From Phallusia mammillata (lineage: Eukaryota): 64,000 nt of DNA. The notes beneath the pieces were generated by a model. It saw nothing but the letters and a program-made list of their open reading frames with translations. It was not told the origin of the DNA and made no database searches. The stretch spans positions 27,094,001-27,158,000 of the forward strand of contig OZ281496.1 in NCBI GenBank assembly GCA_965637545.1, given 5' to 3'. This document shows, one piece after another, positions 42,850-53,657 of this stretch. Position 1 is the first letter of the stretch. Every line of letters begins with the position of its first letter. The position numbers and the translations under genes were made by a program.

Positions 42850-44247
42850 TGTTCTTTTTAAACAATACACAACGGTTAATTTCTGTTACAGCCCCAGAGA
42901 AATTGAAACAATAAATACAATTTAAACCTAAAGTAAGTTAAAACTTGTCTGATTTAAATTTGAAAGAGAAATGTTTCTGCAACTTTATTATCAAATTGAT
43001 AAAGTTACGACGCTTTCTCTCCTAATTTGGGAGCAACAAACTTGCTGGTGTTACTGATCATGTATTATATTTCTTGTGATAAGAACTTACGAAAATTCTA
43101 AATCTTCCAGTGACTTGTGCTTCCTTAATGGAAAATACTGTTCTAAGTTGTGTTACAAATAGGATCATATGCACTGCTAAAAAACAACTCTTTTAAATGT
43201 GTTGTATCGTTAAAGAACGACATTTTAGAGAATTATATCATCAAATTGTCAATTTCCATACACTTTGGATTCTTATTCCTTCTTGCTTGACAAATATATA
43301 TATATTATCTGCAAGCACTATGAGACTTTATAGAAGCAATCCTTTGTACAAGGCATTACACTGCGTACTGCTTATGCCATAACAACCCTAAGCCATAAAT
43401 ACACTTGGCTTTTGCTGTAATTTGTTACAAATCAGCGGACATTTTGACTTCCCAGGACGCGTTCTGGAAAATACCTTTTCATCACACACCGTGTTTTTAT
43501 GACACACGCTAGGCCATGCGAACACAGTGATGAAATTGTTTAGAAGTGCTGACTCTGATCATGAAGCACTTGGTACTTGGAAATAACGGCTTAGACTTTG
43601 AAACACCAACTGCTTTGCGCGAAACTGTCGGAACTTGATCATTTAACTAGCAAGCAATAACCGCAGTACAAAAACCCCAACTATAGTCATTACTCTTATA
43701 CGCATCCTAAAGCAGTAGTAGGAAATTTTGTTTATCCCCGTTTAGACTTCGTTTATGAAGAGTTTTTCTCACGCCTTTGAGTTGTTTTTCTTTCATACGC
43801 GCCCTAAATTCTTGCATTTTAGACACGTATGCAAATATTTCTTTAAAATATCAAACTGTATGTTATTAGCCGTTTTGTCAAATTGCTTGTTAAGTATTTT
43901 AAATGATTTTTCTAGCTCTTTGTTTTTGAACGCGATTACAGATTTGAAATTTTAGCGTTTTGAAATTTACTGGGTATAAACACCATGCCAAAGCCAATGA
44001 CCTTCTATCAGCGTTTTCTCCTTCGTTTTCTCGATAATTCTGAAAACAAAGTTGGCTATTTGTGAGCAAAAACGCTGTCCCACAAACAAAATTTGAATAG
44101 ATTATAGGCAGCCAAGCATAGCCGCTCTTGGGTAGTCTCTCAAACGTTTCAGTGCTTTTTGTAGAGCCATGACCAATGTGCAAGTTTAATGTTGACCAAT
44201 TTTTTTACACAATATTGTATTTGGTGCGACGATGAAAGAAACGAGTT

Positions 44248-47151
44248 TTAAAGTTCATGGTCGTGCAAAGCATGGGCACATGGATCTTGGCAGAAATGTT
44301 CTTGTAGGTCCTTCCACCATGTGTCCGGAAAACTGTCAAAATTCTTTCCAAACTTGAATATATGTTTCGGGTCGCCGGTGATTTCCAAAAATCGATCATC
44401 ATCAAAGACTACTCCTTCCCGCTCAAACGCGTACACATATATCTGTGTGTATGAAAGAGTTAGTTTTGAATACCTTGTTTGCATGATTGCTATGGGTAGA
44501 GCATGTGGCACGCTTGCCAAGGTTGGCATTTGAGGTGATTTTTCATGGCATGTTTATATTAAAGTGCTAATTCAAAGTGTTACATTGCTTGTTATCATTG
44601 GTCAATCATTTAATCTTAAAATCTAGCTGACACGCACATATATCTGCTTTCTGTTCACCACTGATATTAGTTGGCACAAACCATAAAAATGTTGCCACGC
44701 GAAGTCATTACAACATAAAAATAACAAGTAAATTGACAAGCGTCGCGTAAAAGGTTGCCGACCCCTGCATGGTGTAAAATTTTGCATGGTGAAGAAAAGT
44801 GTGTGCGCTTGGAGTTTAACAACTCATGATTTTAGCCGCAGCTTTTGCTACCCCGTTATATGACTGGGAACAGCAATATTACTTACAACGCGAAAACGAC
44901 CGTTTTGGTTTTGATAAAGTGAGTTTGCTGAATAGTTGTTTATAATTTATCGCAAATGGGAAATCAAACATTGGTTACAAGAGTTTAATGAAACTATTAT
45001 GTGAACTTACGATGTAACCAAGGTTGCGAGCGTTTTCCGAAGCAGTTTGGACATCATCGTCTGGGTTGCTGTCAGTAAAGATTGAAATTGTTTTCGGCAC
45101 TCGATGGTTTCTCATTCCGAGTTCGGGTCTGAACATATTGTCTATTGCGTACTGGATCGCAGCGCCCGTGTTGACAAGTGTTCCTGAAACAAAACACGCA
45201 AGTCACTTAAAAACGGTTTGCTATTGCTATTCTAGTCTTTATTATGTGCTTGTTTATTGCTTTGCGTACTGCAGCAGCTGTGTGTTATGTTGCAACATTT
45301 TTAGCATGGCTAAAGCTGCTGCCAAACCAAGCAAACACAGTGGTTAACGACACACCAGCTATTATCTCAGAAAATCGAAAGAATATTGTTCTATTTCTTA
45401 AACCCACATCAGGACTGTCTACAAAATTTGTATTGTCCAAGTTTTCTGTATGTGGCGAAATGAACCATTTTGTTCATATATCAGGAAAGCAAATCAGAAA
45501 AGAGTGACATACATCAGCAAAGGGTGACAATTATACTTACAAAAGCGCCGAAGAGTCAACCCTAAAACAACATGACTTACCATCCTGAAAGGTTTGCAAC
45601 CGTTCTCCAAACAGTATGCCGTAGGAATTTATATTATACCCATCCTTAAAGTGAATCACTGATGACTCAACAGGCTCATAGCCGAAAGACAATCCTGCCA
45701 AAATGGTGGATTCTGGACCAACATGGACCGATCTGTATAACACGTTAAACAACAATTAAAGGTTGCAAAAAGTTTGAGCTAAGTGCGTAACGCATTTTAT
45801 TCATTTTTTTAAAACAAAGCATTCTGTTGCCAGAATGTGGCAAAACTTACCCCATAATTTCAGTTAAAGTCCGAATAGCGTTTTCAATGCTACCAGGTTT
45901 GAAGTGATACAAACTGAGAGAATCGTATAGGACGTATGGTGGACAAGGACCTGTAAAGCACACATGGTGTATTTTCCAAGTGAATATTCATTACTAAAAA
46001 TTAACACTTTGCTTACGTGCGCAGCAAGGTGTGTCATATTGCCAGTGGCCGTCAGCTCCACACACATTCTGATCTCTTCCTGCTGGCCATAACTCGTAAA
46101 TTGGTGAAGTGCATTGATATCTGCAAACTCCATTTTCGCAGTAGATTTTTCCGTGTGGAAAACTCTGTGGTGGTGCTGGGCAGTTGTTATGTCCGACTAA
46201 GAAACAAAGTAATTGTTGGTAACGAACGCTGCTCTACTCAGACCAGCGGTTTCCCAAACCTTTACTAGATGGAGTTTCATTGTTAATATAGAAGCCGTTT
46301 GAATTTTACAAATTAAATTATATGGATGGTGCTTGTGGGAAATAAGGGGAAAGCACAGTAAAACAAATTAACCTTGTAGAGATGTGGGGACAGATATAGG
46401 AAAAATGCAGTTGTCAAGTCCAGTGTTGCACGAATCCCCTTCACAGACACAAGTACAGAACGAGTTGACTTCATCTCCATTGCATTTAGTAGATTTGCCT
46501 GAAGGCCTGTCGTTCTGCAACAAACCAATTACATTATTGAAAAGAACAATAGGACGGAGCTATGCTGGAGTGTGTTTCTTTCGACGTATAAAAGTAACGC
46601 ACTAGATTGTAGCAGCATTACAATAACCACTTACAAACAATTTGCTTCACATTTTGTTGACACATGTCTTCAAGTCTATTTCAATGATTTCCTAAGTACA
46701 ATCTTTTTTACTTTGCATCAATACGTCCATTTTCCATCTAATAATTCATTCTAGCACAAATATCTTTAGATATTTACCGGCATTGGGTAGTTTCTGTGAG
46801 GTTTCGGATTTTTGCAGCCTTTGCTTATACGCAACTGGTTATTGTATCTTCGTATCACTGTTTCACATAAGTTCTGCGAAATCAAAGGGCCGTAAACAAA
46901 TATTGCCACTGAAAAACGGTAGTTAACATTTACATAAATTTTATGTGCTGTTTAAATTATCAAAATAGTTTATGATGATTTACATTACGTATTGCACAAT
47001 TGAAATCACTTACTTGATTTTCCATACATCGTTGTTTTCCTTCTAAGTCACATGTCTCAAAGCTCATAGCATTTTTGCATGTGATGCATTTCAGAGCTGT
47101 AACGCTTGCAATAGCGTAAGCAACAAATATACTTACAATCCAGAACTTCAT
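44248..47151 (-). CDS. Array unit 8: secreted Ly6 - CCP - vWA protein, intact, lacks one Ly6 disulfide
   Basis: MKFWIVSIFVAYAIASVTA-LKCITC; LCETVIRRYNNQLRISKGCKNPKPHRNY; CTCVCEGDSCN; CPAPPQSFPHG; LYDSLSLYHFK; HFCQDPCAHALHDHEL*. Confidence 0.87.
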
Positions 47152-48220
47152 AGTAGATTTTTTACGCAGTCTTTTGATTCTGTCAACTCAACTGTCTAGG
47201 ATGTGTATATATATTTCTGAGTTGTTTTCACAAGACCTGCCTCTTGGGCACAGCGCACAAATATTTACACGTTTGTAATCAACGACAGTGGTAAACAGCT
47301 TCTAAACCATTGTTTGTTGCGGTGTGTATCCTAAACATAAAACCTGGACTTACTCAAATCTCTTACTTCGCCCTGGTTCAGTCGAAAATACGTCTGTCAA
47401 GTATTTGCATGTATTTTGTAATTTATTAAATTTCGAACGCACCCTGTTCTAATTAAGATGTGCTACACCATACATGTTCAATTCATACATAGTTAACACA
47501 TTTCCTACATACAGTTTGTTACAACCAGGTTGCAGTTGTAATCGTTATAACCACGTTTGACTGCGTTAAAATTTTTGTTGTCGTTTAAATTACGATATTT
47601 TCTCTCCACGAAATTTATCCAAATTTTTGCTGCAAGTATTAAAAACAATTTGTTTATTTACCCTACTGTCATCAATGTGCGAAATAACGTTCAAACTTCA
47701 CATATCATACGCTAGTAGAACAGTGGTGATGTTACACTACGCAGATGAAAAAAAGTTTACAAGGTGAAAATCTGACAGAAAGTTACAACGCATATTAAAT
47801 TTGTAGCTATTGGGGGGACTATCCAAACAACCGGCATATTTCCACAAATTAATAATGACTTAAACCCGCACTGCTTTTTTACCTTATGAACGTGCATGTA
47901 TATGTCAATCCGTTCTTTTGCCCTTTCGACCAGGTCTATCGACCCTACACAGTGTCACGATAAACACAAAACACTATCCTTTTAAACGGTTGCCTCAACG
48001 TTTTCTGCTCGTTCAACAGTATGGAAAATGGTTCATTGCGTAAAAAGCAACATTGTATTGTATGTTACATGGTTCCATTTTTTTTATCTTACAGATTTAT
48101 TTTAGTGTTTGCGAAACGAATCAAGTACTCAAGCGAAATGACAAGCAAGGTCCTTTCGTTGTAGATTTTCAAATTAAACACCATCTATTTTTCTTTGGTA
48201 AGCATGTTTCAACTCAGGAC

Positions 48221-49150
48221 CTATGCTTGTGCATGAGTCAATCGTCTGAGACCAATTGAATTTCTTTGATCACTCCTCTTATTAAAAGGCGAAATAAGTA
48301 TCGACCGCCATGTCTCATATGTTAGCAGAACAGCAGTGAGATTGGCCGTAGCACTTAGTCCAAATATTGATAATGGAATATGTCCTCCTATGTCTTGAAA
48401 GATACCGTTCAAAACACAAGCGACAGCGTCTGTTACAACGCAAATCAATGTTGCAACTGTTGTGCGTTTTACCATGCCCATACTGGTTTCAGTTTCACGT
48501 CTTTGCGTCGAGCAATATAACGGATACATAAGAAGAAAAAGCATCAATCCTTGTCCTATGGTGTAAAGGGATGATCCAAAAAGGACAGGCCATATATGGT
48601 AATGGTCCACAGAATTACAACCGAATTCAGTCACTGCAAATTTGTTAACCAAATTAAAAGCTATGGCGGAAGCGTGTGTCCCGAAAACCACAAGAACAAT
48701 GCTGATGTAACCTACAATTTTAATCCATCTATGCTGAAGGTGTTCAAGCGTCGGAATTTGATATACAGTTGCTTGCCTTTTCCATAGGAACAGATAAACC
48801 AGAGAGTTTGATGTGGTCAATATTTCCACCGAAAGCTTTGTGTGGATATTGCAAAACTCACTTTCGCTTGTGGTAAACTCTACAAGAAACATAAAGGGAA
48901 TGCAAAGGACAAAAGCGAGGACTGATGCTCCAGCCGCAGTTGCCATTGAGTACAAAACAAATCCATCGTTTCTTCGTGAGAATTTACGGTGTTTAAACCC
49001 ATAGCAAAGCGCAGATGCAAATACCCACATTGAAAGTGGAATACACACACTACTTATCACAACTGCTGCAATCCATGGCGCTTGTTGATGGCGAATGTCT
49101 GAATGAAATTTAATCATACCTTCGTGCGTTGTGTTGTTTACTATCTTCAT
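48221..49150 (-). CDS. Intronless orphan 7TM (GPCR-like) protein B, 309 aa, paralog of protein A
   Basis: ATG at 49150. Shares motifs with protein A: WI.A.VISS.C, TSNSLVY.FLW..QAT.Y, IGQ.LMLFLL.YP, VKRTT..TLICV.TDA, IPLSI.GL..TANL.AVLLTYETW. Confidence 0.83.
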   Translation of the reverse strand: MKIVNNTTHEGMIKFHSDIRHQQAPWIAAVVISSVCIPLSMWVFASALCYGFKHRKFSRRNDGFVLYSMATAAGASVLAFVLCIPFMFLVEFTTSESEFCNIHTKLSVEILTTSNSLVYLFLWKRQATVYQIPTLEHLQHRWIKIVGYISIVLVVFGTHASAIAFNLVNKFAVTEFGCNSVDHYHIWPVLFGSSLYTIGQGLMLFLLMYPLYCSTQRRETETSMGMVKRTTVATLICVVTDAVACVLNGIFQDIGGHIPLSIFGLSATANLTAVLLTYETWRSILISPFNKRSDQRNSIGLRRLTHAQA

Positions 49151-50241
49151 TGTGCTAGTATTCTAATTTGTCCTGTTATAATCTTTCACGTTAATAGCGT
49201 TGTCTGTACTTTGCATGCAAAAAGGCAAAACGTCTATCAAAATACAAAATAAATAACTTTTCAGGTTTAATGACTTTAATGACTCGTAACGAAACAATTC
49301 CGCAAGTCTTTTTGTAATGTAACTCTGCCTGGCTGTTTAGAGTAAGTTTTGGGATATTTACAAAAATGTGCTTATTTTCCACCAGACAACTTATTTAATG
49401 CAGCATATCTGTTGTTGCTTAGTACTGTATCATTTCTTCACAAAAACATTGTCTCACTTGGTTTACTTCTTGTACAAAACTTTCAAATAGCAAAGTAGGC
49501 TACACGCCTTTTACTTTAAAAGGACTTTCCGTCTAAGCCATTCACGTTGGACTGATATATACTACGTGCTGTTCATTTAAAAAAAAATATGGTTTGCCCT
49601 TTACCTTCCGCCTCATTTCTGCCTGCTATTGTCAATCAAACAGACATTGATTTAAGCTTCCTTGCGATCCATGCTCCGTAATCTGCGCTTTTGCTCTTTT
49701 GCTTGGGCTTAAGGGTTTTACCTAAGTGACAGAATCAAATGCAATCGTTTTGACACGATTTCCATCTTGCTGATAAATAGTGCCTACAGGACAAGGCCAC
49801 CTAACCATCCTGAAGTTCCGCGCAACAGACAATTTAAACTACAAATATACTGTGTATGCCATCTTATAACAAATAATTTTTCATTACAGGAACTGACAGG
49901 ATATACTCGCGTTCAACTAATTTAAACCAAATCTTTGCCCCATATTGTCGTTTTTGTAAAATCCCAATGACTTCCCGTCGTTTCTTTGACTGTTCTTATA
50001 AAATATCCGTATGCTGTGAGTTTAGCTATTCTTTTGACACTTAATAGCATGTGTGTTGATATAGTCGCACAACCATAGAAAACGTGTACTCCACTTTTAA
50101 CACCAAACTTACATTTTAAAAATTAAACAAGTTTGCGACGCAAATATTGCAAAGTTGAAATTCAACCACAAATAAAACAGCGCCTTTTCTGAAAAAAGTT
50201 AGCCCTGCTGCCGGCTGTTTAGTTTTCATTTTTATCAAGAT

Positions 50242-53200
50242 TTAGAGGAGATTGTCATCGTGTAAAACATGAACGCAAGGATCAGAGCAAAAATGATCCA
50301 CCATGTCTTGCATCCAGGGTGCCGTAAAGTCCTCCGTGAATTCACCAATCTTAAAGATGTGTTTTGGATCGCCAGTGATGTCCAACAGCTGCTGATCATC
50401 ATACACAACTCCTTCCCGTACATATGCATACACGTAGACCTTAATGAAATGTTAGTGTTAAAATAAGGTAGGTTTATTTCGCTTGGAGAAAAACGACATA
50501 GCGTCACAATTGTACTCAAAACTATCACCAAGCGAAAATATCTGCGTTACGTTGAAACAATATTGAGTGCAAAATAGTTAGGTTTGGTTTGTGTGCTTGG
50601 TTGGCCGACTGGTGTAAAAACGAAAGACGGCATACAGTAATTTTTATAAGTGTCCCCTTGTGTTAAAGGTTTTAGTAAATGAGATGCTTTGGGTTCATTT
50701 GTTGCGAAATTGGAGAATGGAGGATCAATATGGGCGCCTGCAGAAAATTTGACAAAAAAAGAAACAAAGAATCTAGGGCAAATTTATGAATCATGCATAC
50801 TTACGGGGAAGGATTACGATTTTAAGTAATTATTTACATGGTTATAAATTGTATACAGTAGTATTGCGTTGCATAAAACCTAAAAAACATTCTGCCTAGG
50901 AAAAAATTGCGACGTACCATGGTACGCATTCAGTCTGTCGAAAATGCAACAAAACGACAAACCTTTTGAAAACGACACCAGAAACGTTAATAAGACAGGC
51001 ACAGTTAAACTCGCTTGGTTAGTCATATACGGACTTTTTCTACACCACTTTTTAAAGCGTGATACTTTTACTTTCATCAGGTTTTGACAACATTGGTAAT
51101 TTGGAAGTACATTTAAATTTCAAGGGGGAATTGCTCCTTTATACTGTATCGACAATTGACAGTAACTTACTAAATATCCCAAACTTCTTGCGTTCTCAGC
51201 TGCAGTCTTGACGTCATCATCTGAATTGCTGTCAATCACAATAGAAATCGATTTCGGCACGCGGTTGTCTCTCATACCAAGCTCGGACTTAAGTATGTTG
51301 TCCACTGCGAACTGGATTGCAGCGCCTGTGTTGACTGGACCTGCGAAGAAATCAATCAGTCGTTTAAATATTTACTGGTGCATGTGTTACATTTTTATTT
51401 TGGCATCGTTGTTTGAAGTCATAAATACAATTCTATGTTACGTCGCTGTAGCGAATTATTGAAAAGACTTGGCCCCACAAGGCTTTGAAACAGACAGTTA
51501 GAGTTTGAATTGGATGTAAATTGGGGTTGTTTTGGGTGTGTTATATCTATATCTGAATAACATCCACGTTTAAGACCACAAAATTATATTTGGTTCCTTA
51601 AATGGGACTGAAAGGCACAGCACAGCTTACAACCTTGTCCAACGTTTAATGCGCTACAAAACAAGTAGGGAATCATTGCTTTATTTTGTGGAGTTAAGTT
51701 TTTTACCTTGATCGGCAGCTTGCAGACGTTTTCTTGCCAGTTGAGAATACAAAGTTCCGTTATATTCGTAGTCGTTGAAATTAATAACTGAAGCCACATG
51801 AGGTTCGGATCCGTACGACAAAGCCGCAGCCAGTGATGAATCTGGTCCGACGTGGATGGATCTAATTCAAAATCGTTGGTTTACGTTAAAACTTATACTC
51901 CTATACATATTTTGCAACAAAATATTTATTTATTTTTAATATATTTATTGCATGAGCGGCTTTCGAAGCTTACTTCATAAGTTCCGATAGAACGCTGAAC
52001 ATTTCCTCGAAAATTCCAGATTTAAGGTGGTAAAGACTAACATCATCGTAAAGAGCGTATGGTGGGCAAGGTCCTTCAAAAATAAATATATTGGTAATAT
52101 TTAATTGAAACGTCTATCGCCAGAACTGTCAGGCAATCGCGTACTAACTTACTATTTAATTGGTGCGCATATTTATTTATTTATTTTTGAGCAAAAAAAT
52201 CGAGCCAGTATATTTGTGTAGAACGTCAGATGTCATCGTCGACAATAGCACTTCGAAACGTAGTTATGTTCTACACAAATATACTGGTTCTGATTTTTTG
52301 CTCAGATTATTCAAAGCCGTGAACAGTGTACCTACTTTTTTTTGTTCGGTAAAAGCATTGTGCTGTTTGCGTGGTTATTTGACTTCTCAAAGCCATTTTT
52401 CGTGCATACTGTACAGTGTACACTAAGGCACAACCGCGATTGTGGCTATAAATGTTTCTATTTCTTTACACTAAAAACTATAAATGCGACGTACTTGCAC
52501 AACAAGGTGTATCGTATTGCCAGTTGCCGTCGGCTCCACACACGTTCTGATCTCTTCCTACAGGCCACAGCTCATAAGTTTCATCAGTGCATTGATATTT
52601 GCAAACTCCGTTTTCGCAGTTGATGTTTCCATGTGGAAATCTCGTGGGTGGTGCTTGGCAATTGTCATGTCCGACTGAAAAACAAAGAAATGTTGTTTGT
52701 GACTCATGTTATGCTGTAATCTGTCGGTAACGTATATATATCTTGATAGAAATGTTGCAATTTGCTGCCAAATACTGCGGATCCATACTACGGGAAGCAG
52801 TATTTTAATACTACACCAACCTATCGGTGAAGTGGGGACAGATACTGTAGAAGGGCAGTTGTCAATTTCAGCGTTGCAAGAATCTCCATCACAACAACAA
52901 GTACAAAACGAGTTGACTTGATCTACATTACATTGAGTAGATTTGCCTGAAGGTCTGTTGTTCTGTCACAAAACAATAACAAGTGTAAGAAAAATACTTA
53001 TTAACGTACATGAAGTGTTTTCTAAATCATTTACCTGCTGTTGGTTATTGTTGCAGGACATGGCTTGCTTGCAACCTTTGGTTACGTAAATCTTGTCCAT
53101 GTATCTTCTTACTACTGTTTCACATGCATTCTGTTAAAATACGGAACAGGTCAAACTGTTACAATGAAAAGCATAGAATAGCCCTTACATTGTTTCATGT

Positions 53201-53657
53201 CACTCCAGTTATCAAATAACCGCTTCATAAATTTTGCTAGTTAATAAAATATAGATTTTCTTTAAAGTACAAACAAACCTAACTACACTTGGAGCGCAAA
53301 CAAACCCAATTAAAGGGAAACCCTGGCACGAAGTTTGAGAAAGCTATAGTAAAACGGACACTAGTACAATTTACTGCAAATTAAATGTAAGGTTTGGGCA
53401 AAAACTTTACAAATAGTTGCGTGTTATAAAAGTCTGAAGTAGCTGTTTTAAACTGAATGCAGATAAAAAGCAAGATTTTATCATGCAAAGTTTATTATAT
53501 AACTTACCTGGTTAACTTGGCATTGTTGTTCGTCGTTTTGGTCGCATTCTTCAAAGCTGGACGCTCCATGGCAAGTAATGCATTTCAGCGGTGACACCGA
53601 GCCACCAAAACATAACAAAACAGCAAGAGAGAGCAACACAACAGCCAAGAACTTCAT
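50242..53657 (-). CDS. Array unit 9: secreted Ly6 - CCP - vWA protein, intact
   Basis: MKFLAVVLLSLAVLLCFGGSVSP-LKCITC; ACETVVRRYMDKIYVTKGCKQAMSC; CTCCCDGDSCN; CQAPPTRFPHG; LYDDVSLYHLK; NTGAAIQFAVDNIL; HFCSDPCVHVLHDDNLL*. Confidence 0.88.

Noticed and set aside
43300-43720. Possible third small gene between 7TM-A and unit 8, with a counterpart at ~49600-49830
   Set aside because: Only short, stop-interrupted frames and faint similarity; no supportable gene model.
13246-53657. Interpreting the recurring repeats as a CRISPR array or prokaryotic operon
   Set aside because: The repeats are spliceosomal exons of paralogous eukaryotic genes; there are no repeat-spacer units or cas genes.
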